Part shown: positions 1-11,454 of the stretch, one piece after another
Layout: each line of letters opens with the position of its first letter
Position numbering within the stretch: the first letter of the stretch is position 1
From: an uncultured bacterium
GTDB taxonomy: Bacteria; Chloroflexota; UBA5177; JANWHV01
Assembly (NCBI GenBank): GCA_963729625.1
Contig: CAVSOU010000010.1
Location: 1,248,001-1,312,000 of the forward strand
Length of the DNA: 64,000 nucleotides
Direction of reading: 5' to 3'
Notes under the pieces: model-generated
The model's input: only the letters and a program-made list of their open reading frames with translations
The model's database searches: none
What the model was told of the DNA's origin: nothing
Position numbers and translations under genes: made by a program

Positions 1-152
1 ACCTGGATTGTCGTGGCTGCCGGAGGTCACCGCCGTGTTCCAGGATGGCATGCAGGGCATCTTCACTGGCAGCGCTACGCTGAAGCAGGTTGCTCAGAAC
101 GCGCAGATGACTGGAAGCTAAGCTCAAGCAAGGCTGGAAGTACATCCCGTAA
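1..152 (+). pseudogene. 3' end of a probable sugar ABC substrate-binding protein (partial, frameshifted)
   Basis: Reads ...PEVTAVFQDGMQGIFTGSATLKQVAQNAQ..., a typical SBP C-terminus, directly upstream of two CUT1 permeases. Truncated by the window edge. Confidence 0.5.
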
Positions 153-168
153 ATCTGCAGCGGTGGCG

Positions 169-1119
169 ATGGACTGCTCTGCTTAGCGGAGCAGTCAATC
201 AGCCTCCCGCTCGTCCAGGAAGATTGACGATGCAGAGCTGCCACATGCGGCCCGCAACTTGGCACGCGACGAGCGCGCTTGGAACGTCGTTTGGATTGCT
301 CCGGGTCTCTGCTCTACGCTGTCTTCATCCTGGTGGCTGTGATCGTGAACTTCTGGATGAGCTTCGTCCGCTGGGATGGCATCGCGGCGCTGGTGGGAGT
401 CGGCTTCCAAAACTTCGCGAACGTCTTTCACGACTCGCTTTGGAGCGCTATGAAGATCGGCGCTGAGTTCAGCTTCTTCTCGGTGCTGCTCAAGCTCGCA
501 CTCTCACTGCTGCTGGCTGTGTTGCTGAACTGCGCGTGGCTCGGTTGCGGCGCGATGCGCGTGATCATCTTTCTGCTCTGCGTCATCGCGCTGGTGCTCA
601 TCGGCATGATGTTCAACTACGTGCTGACTACAGCTAGGGGCTGGTCAACGGCATTCTCGGCGCGTCGGCTCGATGCGCTCAAACGCAACTGGCTGGCAGG
701 CTGACACGCACTGGGCTCCATCGATGGGCGTCGACGCCTGGCGATGGACCGGCTTCCAGACTGTCATCCTGCTGGCTGGGCTGCAAAGCATCCCGCTGAT
801 CTCTACGAAGTAGCCAAGATCGACGGCGCCAATGCCTGGACCGCGTTCTGGCGCATCACTCTGCCTCTGCTCACTCCGGTGATCATGGTCGTGGTCGTGC
901 TCTCGGAAGGGGGCGGCTTCAATCTGTTCGATCTCCCCTACGGATGAATGCAGGCTGGCCAAACCTGGCGCACCGATAGGCAAGTCATCGAGATCTATAC
1001 TCAGGTCTTCCAGTTCAACCAGTTTGGTTACGGCGCGGCGAGGGGTCGTGTTGTTCTTCGTCATCGGGGCTCTGGTGCTGGTAACGCTCCGGTTCTTGCG
1101 CAGCGAAAGGTATTTCTAG
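169..1119 (+). pseudogene. Carbohydrate ABC transporter permease (MalF/UgpA-like), split by frameshifts
   Basis: Fragments in several frames: 'VGFQNFANVFHD', EAA loop 'DLYEVAKIDGANAWTAFWRITLPLLTP', 'FQFNQFGYGAA'. Start is approximate. Confidence 0.8.
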
Positions 1120-1121
1120 CC

Positions 1122-2053
1122 GTGGAACACGACGACACCACCCGGAGCAAGAACGTGCTTCAGGCGGGCGCGACACCGTCGCAGGACGCCATTTAGGTGG
1201 CCACCGTTCGCTGATCGGGACGTGGCTAGTAAAGTGGCGGTGTATCTCCTGCTGTTGGCTATGACCGCCGTGATCGCATATCCCACTGGTGATGCTGCTG
1301 ATCGATCGCTCATGGCAGAGTTTGAGTTCTACACGAACCGCTTGGCCTGCCTTCGTCTGGGCGCCGGACAACTTCGGAGCGGCTAAGGACAACATTCCGT
1401 ACTTCACGCTGTTCAGCAACAGCATCATCATCACGGCCGGTACCATTCTCATCGTGCTCGCCTGCGCCAGCGCTCTCGCCTTTGCCCTCAGCAATTTCAG
1501 CTTCCGCGGCAGGAACGGCCTCTACGTGCTGATGATCCTGATGCTGGTGGTGCCGCTGCCGACGGCTTTCATCCGCAGTACATCGAGGTCGTCAAGCTCC
1601 ATCTCGATAACACGCGTATCGCGCTGATGCTGATCTATGCCGCGGGAGGCATGCCGCTCGCGGTGGTTTTGCTGCGTGCGTTCTTCGACACGATCCCGGA
1701 TGAGCTAATCGATGCTGCGCGCATCGACGGGTGCAGCCACTTTGCTCGTAACGGCGCTTGTGCTGCGATCAAGCCCGGGATCATTCCACCGCGGTGAGCA
1801 GCTGGTTTTGGCTGCCTGGAACGATTTCTTCTATCCACTGATCATCTTGCACGACCCAAACAAGTTCACGGTGGCGCTGGGCATGCAGAACTTGATCGCG
1901 AACACGCTCAACACGAGCGGCAACAGCGCGTTCAGCAGCTTTGGCGTGATGCTGGCGGCACTGACCATCGCGATCGTGCCGATAATCGTCGTCTACACGC
2001 TCATGCAGCGGCAGTTCATCAGCGGGCTGACAGCAGGTGCGCTGAAAGGCTGA
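1122..2053 (+). pseudogene. Carbohydrate ABC transporter permease (MalG/UgpE-like), split by frameshifts
   Basis: 'LFSNSIIITAG...AFALSNFSFRGR', EAA loop 'IPDELIDAARIDG', 'AWNDFFYPLI', C-terminal 'QRQFISGLTAGALKG'. Start is approximate. Confidence 0.85.
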
Positions 2054-2101
2054 GGCGTCGTGATGGTCTAGAGGCAATGGCTTAGGGGGAGCACTGACCA
2101 T

Positions 2102-3334
2102 ATGAACAAGAGCAAACAGATACGCGAGACCTTTGAGAAGAACAACGGCGTGTTCCGGTTGATCCCGGTCTTTGTGCCCAGACGGTTCGGCCAGGCCGGT
2201 CGGCAGACTGCGCCTGCATCCGCACGACTACTACGCGCTGGGCACGGCGCGGGGCTCGATCAAGGAGCGCTGGTTCTCCTCGGTCATCCCGGCCATGAAC
2301 GGCGACCTGGCGGCCGCCGGACGAAGGCATGAGCTACGTCGGCCCCAACGGACAATGCAGGACGATAGATTCCTGTTCAAAGACGCGGTCGACGAACTTG
2401 GCGCGGACCTGATCGGGCCGGAACTGATGCGAGCGGTACGGCACCTGGCCGATGTATTCCAAGTTCTTCGATTACTCGACGCCGCTTGTTCCACCACCTG
2501 CATCTCACGCGACGGCGCCGCGCCCGAGTAGGGCGGCATGGGCAAGCCGGAGGCCTACTACTTCCCGCCCCAGCTGAACAACCACGCCGGCCAGTTGCCG
2601 CATCACCTACTTCGGCTACGACCCGGATGTGACAAAGGAGCAGGTGATCGAACGGCTGCTTGCCTACGAAGCCGGCGATAACCGGATCACCGAGCTCTCC
2701 CGCGCCTACCGCATCGAGCTAGGCACGGGCTGGTACACGCCGCCCGGCGTGGTGCACGCCCCGGGTCCGTAGGTCACCTACAAGCCGCAGTGGAACAGCG
2801 ACGTCAACTCCGTGCACGAGAACATCACCGCCGGCGAGGTCTACGCCTACGACTTCCTGGTCGAGAACTGTCCCGACGGACAAGAAGCGGGACATCGACT
2901 ACGTCATGAGCCTGCTCGACTGGGAGAAGAACGTCGATCCCGCACTACCGGAAGACCTATTTCCGGCCCGCCGCTGATGTGCTGCCGAACTCGGACGGGC
3001 AACACGTAGAGCGGTGGATCAGCTACGCCAACGACTATGTTGGCGCCAAGGAGCTGACGATGCGCCCAGGTCAAACGGTGACGCATCACGGACAAGGTCG
3101 GCGTTCGGCTGCATCGTCAGTACAGGGGCACGGCGCGTTCGCCGGTTATGACGCGGAAGCGGCCGGCATGCTGCGCTTCGGCCAGGCTGAGTGCGGACGA
3201 GTACTTCGTGGGCGAGAGCGCCGCGCGGGCTGGTATCACCATCACCAACAAGAGCCGGTGGGAGCCGATGGTGATTCTCAAGCATTTCGGACCGAACCAT
3301 CCGGACATGCCCCTGATGGCGCCAAACGGAGTAG
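2102..3334 (+). pseudogene. Uncharacterised cupin-fold protein resembling type I phosphomannose-isomerase-like proteins, frameshifted
   Basis: Joined frames give 'IKERWFSS', 'KFFDY..PLFHHLH', 'GKPEAYYFPPQLNNH', 'GWYTPPGVVHAPG', matching the cupin metal-ligand pattern (H-x-H...E...H). End is approximate. Confidence 0.55.
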
Positions 3335-3366
3335 AGAGTCATCGCAGCGAATGCGAGGTGAGACGA

Positions 3367-4315
3367 GTGAAGACTGCAGAACTACGAGCTGAAGAACGCG
3401 AAATACGCGAGCAGTTCCTGACGGACTCAAGGATGAGCATCCGGAGAAGCTGCGGCAGCAAGCTGAACTTCTCCTGGAGCAACTGGGGCTTCGGTATGGA
3501 GACGCTGGCCGTCTCGGCGGCGCGCCTGCAGCGAGCCGGCATCGAGTTCATCGAGCTGCACGGCAACCACTATGGCCCCGACCTGGGCTACAAGGTCGAC
3601 GGAAACGCTCAAGATCCTCGCGAACCACGGCATCAAGGTGGCCGGCGTCTGCGGCATGTTCTCGGCCGACAACGACCTGTCCAGCAACCGGCCCTGGCAG
3701 CGACAGGCGGCGCTCGATTATCTCAAGCGCGAGATCGAGTTCACGGCGGCGGTCGGCGGCACATACATGCTGGTCGTGCCCGGCGCCGTGGGCAGACCGC
3801 ACGCGTATGAAGACACCGAGTTCGAGCGCAGCGTCAGACGCTGCGCATCGTCGCCGACCTGTTCGTCACGACGGCGTCAAGGCGGCGATCGAGCCGATCC
3901 GGTCGGCCGAAGTCAGCTTCGTGCACACCGTCGCCGAGGCCAATGCCTATATCGAGGCGGTCGACCATCCCGGCGTGGGCCACATCAACGGCGATGTCTA
4001 CCACATGCAGTCCGAGGAAGCGCACATCGGCGAAGCGATCCTCCGGGCCGGCGATCGGCTGATGAACCTGCACATGGCCGACAGCAACCGCTGCGCCCTG
4101 GGCGACGGCTCGCTCGACCTCGACACGCTGATCATGGCGCTCTACGTCATCGGCTACAACACGCGAGGGCCGGTACGTGACGCCCGAACCGCTGGGACCG
4201 GGCGGGGAGCCCTACCCGGCGATGAACGGCAAGCCCGACCAGCGAGCAGCTCGAGACACTCGTCATGCGACAGCGGCTCTATTTCCGCGAACGTGAGGAG
4301 GAACTGCTGCGATGA
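3367..4315 (+). pseudogene. Sugar phosphate isomerase/epimerase (xylose-isomerase-like TIM barrel, D-tagatose 3-epimerase-like), frameshifted
   Basis: 'IEFIELHG', 'AIEPIRSAEVSF', 'GDVYHMQSEE', 'LHMADSNRCALGDG' are metal-binding motifs. Ends with an ATGA overlap into rbsD. Confidence 0.8.
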
Positions 4316-4711
4316 AGAAGCATGGGTTTCTGAGCGCGCCGGTGGCCGAGATCATCGCCACGATGGGGCACACCGACCGGCTGATCGTGTGTGATTCCGG
4401 CTTCCCGGTGCCGCCGGGAGTGAAGCGCATCGACCTGGCAGTGAGCGGCGAACCTTCCTGCGTTCCCCGATGTGCTGCGTATTCTGCTTGGGCGACCTCG
4501 CCGTCGAGAAATTCATCCTGGCCTCGGAGACCGAGGATGTGAGCCCGCGGCGCTACGCAGAGATCTCGCGCTCTTGCCCGGGATTCCGCATGAGACGGTC
4601 CCGCACGTCGAGTTCAAGGTGCTGGCGCGCGAAGCACGCGCGGCGATTCGCACGGGCGACATCGTGCCGTACTCGAACATCATTCTCGTGAGCGGCGTCA
4701 CCTATTCGTGA
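4312..4711 (+). pseudogene. rbsD: D-ribose pyranase (RbsD/FucU family), frameshifted
   Basis: N-terminus 'MKKHGFLS...MGHTDRLIVCDSGFPVP...RIDLAV' and C-terminus 'PHVEFK...AAIRTGDIVPYSNIILVSGV' lie in different frames. Confidence 0.85.
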
Positions 4712-4849
4712 CGCGCGTTGCGTCCAGGAGCTGACTCGGCCGGCCCGCGGAGCGCGCGGAGCTGTGCGCGGTCGCGGGAGTCGGCGCCGGTGCCGGACGA
4801 TAAGGCGCAGCGGGGGGGTCATTCAGGATATGAAGAGGATTTGGGGTAG

Positions 4850-6970
4850 ATGAGCGACATTGTGCTGGAAAATGAAACGCTGCGACTGCGCTTTGACGAA
4901 CGAGACTGGAAGGCTGAGCGAGCTTGTCGCCCTGCGAGACAGGCTGGAGCTTGCTGGATCGGCCGGAGCTCGGGCTTTCTTTCCGCCTGCTCGTGCCGTT
5001 GCCGGGGCGCCGCAACAATCCCGTGCACGGAGATCGGCAAGCGCGTGACGTCGTATGACTGCAGGACGACGACGGGCGTGGCCTGACGCTGGTGTGGGAG
5101 GGCGTGGAGTCACTGCACGGTGGGAGGCTCGACATTCGGGTGACGGAGCACGTGCGCTTGCAGGAAAGGCAGGCAGTCTTTACGCTGACGGTCGAGAATC
5201 ACAGCCCGTACCCCGTGGAGAATGTCTACGGACCGTACCTGGGCGACGTCCGGCCCCCTTCCCGAGAAGGAGCCGTTCTCCGCCTTCACCTACAGCTACG
5301 GCACGAGCCAGGAATGGCCGATCTGGCCGACCTATGCGAACCAGTTCGGCTACTACGGCGACGACTATCCGACACAGTTCGGCTATCCGCCGGCGGGCGG
5401 CGCCCCACGGCACCGTTCATCCTCCTGCGCGATGCCCACCAGGGTCTCTACGTGGGGATCCATAAGGCAAGCGCGGAGCTGGTGTCCTGGCACACTGAGC
5501 TTCGTCCGGGCTACGGCGACGCCATGGACTCGCAGGTTCCCGATGACTCAACCATCGGAGGGACGGACGTGAGTATCCGTTTCGCGGCGGTGCATGTGCC
5601 CTACATTCTGCCGGGCGAGCGCGCACGTTGACCCCAATAGCCATCGAGCCTATCAGGGCGACTGGCAGCAAGGCGTGGACTGCTACCGGTCGTGGCGCTC
5701 AAGCTGGATGACACCCGCGGTGCCGCCGGATAGGGTGCGCGATCCGCACGCCTGGCTGCAGATCCACATGAATTCGCCGGAAGACGAGCTCCGCTTCCGC
5801 TTCACGGATCTCGTGCAGGTGGGCGAGGAATGCGCTCGCCACGGCGTGCGGGCCATCCAGCTGGTGGGCTGGAACGACGGCGGTCAGGATCAGAACAACC
5901 CCAGCCATGATCCCGACCCCGCCTCGGCACCGCGGCGGATCTGCGGGCCGGCATCGCCGCCGCCCAAGCCCTTGGCGTGAAGGTCTTGCTCTTCAGCAAG
6001 TTCACCTGGTCCGACCGCGCCACGACGCGCTACCGCGAGGATCTCCAGCGGTTGGCCATCAAGGACCCCTATGGCGACGACTACGTCTACGCGGGGTACA
6101 GGTACTTCACGGCCACGCAACTGCTGGACATCAATACCAAGCGGCTCATCCCCATGTGCTTCCTGGCCGAGGACTACCTCCAGGTGTGCGAGGATGAGTT
6201 CAAGAAGGTGCTGGCGCTTGAACCCGACGGTATCCTCTACGACGAGTGCCAGCACCACACGCCGGCCTTGCTCTGCTTCGACCCAATCATGGACATTGCA
6301 TCGGCGCCCCGTATACGCCAATGACCGCGAGCTGATCCGCCGGCTGCGCATCCTGGCTGCGAAAAGCCGTGTTGACTTCCTGTTTGCCGGCGAGGCCTGC
6401 TACGACTGGCAGTTCGAGCAGTACGACCTGGCGTACTTCCGCTCCTGGAGCCCGACGCACGTGCCGCTTTCGCGCTACATGCTGCCGCAGGCACAAATCA
6501 TGACCGCGATCACCGGGTTCGACGACCGCAACATGCTCAACCAGTGCCTGCTCTATCGGTACGTGATCAGCTACGAGCCCTACCACTTCAAAGGCCGGCT
6601 GGACGACTTCCCGTTGACGCTCGCCTACGGCAAGCAGGTCGATGCGCTGCGCGCCGCGCTGCGTGACTACCTCTGGGATGGCGAGTATCGTGGGACCGTG
6701 GGCGCCACTGTCACTGCCGCCGGCCAGCCGCACCACCCTTACGCCGTGTTTCGCCAGGATGGCCATGACGCACTCGCGGTGGTCGTGGCGAACTATGACA
6801 CGAGAGGACCAGTCTCGGTCCAGGTGCGCCTGGACAATGGCCGGCGGCTGGCACGCTATCAATTGGTGGACGATCCCGCGTGGCGTGAGTTCGACGAATG
6901 CGCGACTATCCCGGCGCATTCAGGCCGCGGCGTTCATGCCGTAGGATGGGGCTACGGCTCCTTGAAGTAG
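4850..6970 (+). pseudogene. DUF6259-like putative glycoside hydrolase, split by several frameshifts
   Basis: Consecutive fragments 'IVLENETLRLRFD', 'HRAYQGDWQQG', 'IQLVGWNDGGQDQNNPSH', 'DGILYDE', 'FAGEACYD' are typical of TIM-barrel GH-like proteins. Sits at the end of the sugar operon. Confidence 0.6.
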
Positions 6971-7181
6971 AGCTACCTGCTGAGAGGAATGAGTAGAATG
7001 GCGAATCTCGCGCCGTCGCCTCGGAGCACCAGCCGATCCAATAGCTCTGCTGGCCATCTAGGACAGCGGCGATAACGCGGCGACGCTCCGAGGGCGGTGT
7101 CACGCAGCACGTGCTACAGTGAAAGCGCGAACCGTCGCCGGCCCCTGCCGGCGTACGACACTGGACTGAAAGGAGAACGCC

Positions 7182-7661
7182 ATGACCCCACTTACGGAGG
7201 CACTGCTCGACCGATTGCGGTTTGTTCATGCTGAGGCGCGGACCGTCCTCGAAGCTCTGCCCGGCGACGCCCTCGACTGGGTTCCCGGGGCCGGCATGAA
7301 TTCAGTCTGTGTTACCGTCGTGCACCTCATTGGAGCTGAGCGCTTCTTGCTTGGCGACGTCGCCTGCGCCGATCCCTCGGGTCGAAATCGCGACGCAGAG
7401 TTCACGGAGAGCGGCCTCGGCGCCGAGAACCTACTCGAGCGACTCGCGCAGGCGGACACGTACGCGGAGAAGGCGCTCAGCAGCCTCGATCCCGCCCAAT
7501 TGGGGGCGACCCGGCGTCTGCCGAACCATGGTCGCGAGGTCTCTGTGGCATGGGCTGTCGCACACGCCGTGGAGCACGGCGCGCTACACGTCGGGCAGCT
7601 GCAGATGATTCGGCAGATGTGGGAGCACTCGAGAAACGCCGGCACGCCGCAGACCGCGTGA
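7182..7661 (+). CDS. DinB/YfiT-like family protein
   Basis: 'LDWVPGAGMNSV..VVHLIGAE' and C-terminal 'HAVEHGALHVGQL' His motif; AGGAG RBS upstream. Confidence 0.85.
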   Translation: MTPLTEALLDRLRFVHAEARTVLEALPGDALDWVPGAGMNSVCVTVVHLIGAERFLLGDVACADPSGRNRDAEFTESGLGAENLLERLAQADTYAEKALSSLDPAQLGATRRLPNHGREVSVAWAVAHAVEHGALHVGQLQMIRQMWEHSRNAGTPQTA

Positions 7662-7761
7662 GCCGGAGCGCGCCTTTGTTGCCCTATTGGCGGCGCGGCG
7701 GCCATGTGAATCGACCCCCGACAGCATCGCGGGAGATCGGCACATGCTTTGCGGGTGGAAG

Positions 7762-8238
7762 CTAGCGCTTCAGGTTCGCGGCGGTAACTCCGTCGCCGCC
7801 CGCTATCCACGGCCCGTCGTCAATACTCTCAACGAGCGGGCTCTGCGCCAGGACCGCGCGTACCATGCGCCGCATCACGCCCTCGCCGACGCCGTGTATG
7901 ACCCGGACGCGCGGCAGACCGCATTGGGCGGCCAGCATTAGATAGTACTCCAGCGTAATCTTCGCATCCTCAACCCTGGTGAACGGATGCAGGTCAATCT
8001 CCTCGGCGAGCTGGCTGTCAGCGCGAGGCGCGCTGCCCGCCGCTGAAATCGTCGGCCTGGGCCGCCGCACGGCCTGAAGCGCCGACTTGTCAGCCATACC
8101 GGCCTGCCGAAGGACGAGGTCGTAATAGGCATCCACTTTCGCGTGATCATGAGCACGCAGCTCATCAACCCGTTGCCGTGTAAGCAGGGCACGGTCCGTC
8201 AGCGGCGGTTCAGATCGCTGTTTGGCACGGCTTGCCAT
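7762..8238 (-). CDS. Stand-alone Smr domain protein
   Basis: 'EIDLH', 'VRVIHGVGEGVMR', 'GGDGVT' are Smr motifs. ATG at 8238 has a GAGGG RBS. Confidence 0.85.
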   Translation of the reverse strand: MASRAKQRSEPPLTDRALLTRQRVDELRAHDHAKVDAYYDLVLRQAGMADKSALQAVRRPRPTISAAGSAPRADSQLAEEIDLHPFTRVEDAKITLEYYLMLAAQCGLPRVRVIHGVGEGVMRRMVRAVLAQSPLVESIDDGPWIAGGDGVTAANLKR

Positions 8239-8760
8239 GGTTCCCTCAAGGTTGCCGGTGGGTCCCGAGTCGCACCCGGCCGAACGTCTCGCATAATGCT
8301 CGGCATATCCAGCAGGGTAGCAGACTCCGGCCAGAGCGGGGCGGGCGCCGAGCCTATTCTCCTTCGTCCGTTGCTGGAAATCGCTCGGCTGCACCACGAT
8401 GACTGCATCGATGATAGGCTGCTTGGCACGTCTGCGGCTCCTCTGTGCGTACTCTAGGCCATCTCTGAGTCGGCTGGACCGGACTTGGGTCGGAGCCGGA
8501 CACCTGCAAAACATAGTGAGATCCGGCGCTTCGCTAAGCCGCTGCGTACTACCATGGAATTGTGGTGCAGGAGATGCGATCGATGGGATGGGTGCGCTGC
8601 TCGCGGGAGACCCTCCCGACAGGTGCCGCCGAAGCGGCGGCAGCGGCCTTCAGCTGAGGATTCGCGCGGATCCTGCCCATCGGGACAAGCAGTACACTGC
8701 GGCGCGACGCTTGCTCACGTTGCGATGATCTCCCGTTTGGCTGCAGAGAGGGGTAGTGCA

Positions 8761-9954
8761 ATGGCCGGCAATCGCTGTGTTGTCTATATGGGACCTGGCA
8801 AAGTCGAAGTCCACGATATTGGTTATCCCGAGCTGGCCTTGCCCGAACAAAACCGCAAGTGCGAGCACGGCGTGATAGTGAAAGTCGTGGCAACGAACAT
8901 TTGCGGAAGCGATCAGCACATGGTGCGCGGCCGCACGACAGCTCCCGCGGGGCAGACGCTGGGGCACGAAATTACCGGCGAAGTTATCGAGCTCGGTCGC
9001 GACGTCGAGTTCATCAAGAAGGGTGACCTCGTCTCCGTACCTTTCAATATCGCCTGTGGGCGATGCCGGATGTGCAAGGAGGGCAAGACCGGAATTTGCC
9101 TCAACGTCAATCCCGCGCGGCCCGGGGCCGCCTACGGGTACGTGGATATGGGCGGCTGGCGAGGCGGGCAGGCCGAATACGTCATGGTGCCCTACGCGGA
9201 CTTCAACCTGCTCAGGTTTCCCGACCACGACCAGGCCATGGAGAAGATCCGCGACCTGACCATGCTGTCGGATATCTTTCCCACGGGCTACCATGGCGCC
9301 TACACGGCCGGCGTGACGACCGGCTCGACCGTCTACATCGCCGGCGCCGGGCCGGTCGGTCTGGCATGCGCCGCCTCGGCGCAGCTGCTTGGCGCGGCTG
9401 TCGTCATCGTCGGCGACATGAATGGTGAGCGGCTCGCGCAGGCACGCAGCTTTGGCTGTGAGACAATAGACCTCACCAATGACGCGCCGCTTGCCGACAT
9501 GATCGCTGCGATCGTCCGCGAGCCGGTGGTGGATGCCGCCGTCGACTGTGTTGGCTTCGAAGCGCGTGGGCACGGGGTGGGCGGGCGTGAAGCTCCGGCC
9601 ACGGTGCTCAATTCTATCATGACTATCACCAGGGCCGGCGGCGCGCTCGGCATCCCCGGCCTGTACGTGACCGACGATCCCGGCGGCATCGACGAGCAGG
9701 CGAAGATCGGTCAACTCGGCATGCGAGTCGGACTGGGCTGGGCCAAGTCCCTGTCATTTGCCACCGGCCAATGCCCGGTCATGCGCTACCATCGCCAGCT
9801 CATGATGGCCATCTTGCATGACAAAGTGAAGATCGCCAGGGCAGTTAACGCCACCGTAATTCGATTGGACGACGCTCCCCAAGGCTACAAGGATTTCGAC
9901 AAGGGCGCTGCGAAGAAGTACGTCCTCGATCCGCATGGCATGTTGGCCGCCTGA
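8761..9954 (+). CDS. fdhA: Glutathione-independent formaldehyde dehydrogenase (Zn-dependent MDR)
   Basis: 'NICGSDQHMVRGRT', 'LGHEITGEV', 'ACGRCRMC..G..C', 'GAAYGYVDMGGW.GGQAEYV', 'GWAKS.SF.TGQCPV'. Confidence 0.93.
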   Translation: MAGNRCVVYMGPGKVEVHDIGYPELALPEQNRKCEHGVIVKVVATNICGSDQHMVRGRTTAPAGQTLGHEITGEVIELGRDVEFIKKGDLVSVPFNIACGRCRMCKEGKTGICLNVNPARPGAAYGYVDMGGWRGGQAEYVMVPYADFNLLRFPDHDQAMEKIRDLTMLSDIFPTGYHGAYTAGVTTGSTVYIAGAGPVGLACAASAQLLGAAVVIVGDMNGERLAQARSFGCETIDLTNDAPLADMIAAIVREPVVDAAVDCVGFEARGHGVGGREAPATVLNSIMTITRAGGALGIPGLYVTDDPGGIDEQAKIGQLGMRVGLGWAKSLSFATGQCPVMRYHRQLMMAILHDKVKIARAVNATVIRLDDAPQGYKDFDKGAAKKYVLDPHGMLAA

Positions 9955-10259
9955 GTAGCTTCCTTGACCAATTGCCCGCCTACGACGCCTGCTGGCGGCC
10001 GAACGCACGTGCATCGACTGAGCGCTTGCTCGCCGGCAGGCGGCGATGAGGAGCATGCCACCGACCGAAGCCGTGCTCCCTGCGAGCATATGAGGCATAG
10101 CTGGCCACTTGTCGAGAAGTACAGGCTCAGGCAGCACGCACGACACTGCGTCGGCGTCAGCGACGAAGGCCGCAGCCTCAGCCGCATCGCAGGGGGGCGT
10201 CAGTCCCACGCCCCCAAGCCGGTGTGCACGTTCGCCCGGGTCCAGATAGCGCATGGGAG

Positions 10260-11000
10260 TCAGCTTGCTACATCAGCAAGGTCGGCTTCCAACTGTGCAA
10301 AGTTGAATCCAGGCGCAAAGCCGGGCTGCTTCGCCTCCGGCGGTAGAACAGCATACGCTTCGTCCACGCACTCGTCCCACCAGTCCCACGTGCCCTTCTG
10401 CGTGTTGCCCCAGGTCAGCACAGTGACCATCTGCTGGTCGTACCCAGTGGCAAAGACCGCATGGCCGTCGGTGGTCAACGTGCCTGGCGTCCACGGCTGA
10501 CCGTTGTCGAATTCCTGAAGGCAGTTCTTCTGAACCTGAAAGCCCAGGTACACGCCGCCAAAGACCTGAATTGCCTGCTCCACATGGGTATGATTCTTCG
10601 GATCGATGCTGGCGTACGCGATAATCTCGTCACCAGAAACCCGGTGCTGGCGCCAGTAGTTTAGCACGTCAAGCTCGTTGAGCCCGGAATCCAAGCCATG
10701 CGTCAGATGCAGGTACAGCTTGACGACCGCCGGCTTCGAGGCGATATGCTGCCGGCGGACCAGACCGCAGTACACTGTCTCAGCATGTGCCAGGGCGGCA
10801 ATGGTACAGTCGCCCAGGGTGTCATTGCCGTCCATAGGGAACAGCGTGGTGGGGTCGGCGGTCCCCAGGTTGCCGTACACCCGGGCAAGGTTGTCCACGG
10901 AAGCGGGCGGCGCAGCCAGAGCAGACGTCACGTAGTTGTTGAAGCGTAGTGTGCGATAGTCGATCTTTGGTGGATGCTTTCCGAATCGATAGGCTGCCAT
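10260..11000 (-). CDS. Papain-like (C1-related) putative cysteine peptidase
   Basis: 'GNDTLGDCTIAALAH' (Cys), 'GHAVFATGYD' (His) and 'LTWG' occur in the papain-fold order. Confidence 0.65.
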   Translation of the reverse strand: MAAYRFGKHPPKIDYRTLRFNNYVTSALAAPPASVDNLARVYGNLGTADPTTLFPMDGNDTLGDCTIAALAHAETVYCGLVRRQHIASKPAVVKLYLHLTHGLDSGLNELDVLNYWRQHRVSGDEIIAYASIDPKNHTHVEQAIQVFGGVYLGFQVQKNCLQEFDNGQPWTPGTLTTDGHAVFATGYDQQMVTVLTWGNTQKGTWDWWDECVDEAYAVLPPEAKQPGFAPGFNFAQLEADLADVAS

Positions 11001-11454
11001 TTGACGCGACCTTTCTTTCCCTCGCAGACATCTGTAGCCGCCATTACCACGCTTGCCGAGGCACGTCCTGCAGGCTCCGGCAGGCTCCGAGTGGAAGCCA
11101 GATTTGCAGTTCGATCTTTGCCCTTCTTCCTTCAATCCTGCTCGTTGCCGCCGCAATGCGCAACCGAGGGCCTGGCGGCTCATCGCGCGGTGGGTAATCC
11201 CACACAACATTTATGCCGCATGCGCGTGGTGCTCCCAAATCGTGACAGAGGTTCAGACGCACAATTGCTTTGGCTTCCATAGGTATTCTCTCCTCCAGTT
11301 CACGCCAATCGTGCCGATATCTGTGCTGAGCAGTGCGCGCCCGCTGGCCTCCAATGGGACACACTGGGCCGAGAAGCGCCCACGCAGTGCTGCCGGCGCA
11401 CACGCCAGGAAGCAGAGGCTGCACGATACGCATAAGTGACAGGGGCCAAGTTCC

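Noticed and set aside
3148-3810. Apparent cupin-epimerase fusion ORF
   Set aside because: It lies in the indel-rich zone, and the epimerase has its own GAGG RBS and GTG at 3367. The fusion is probably a frameshift artefact.
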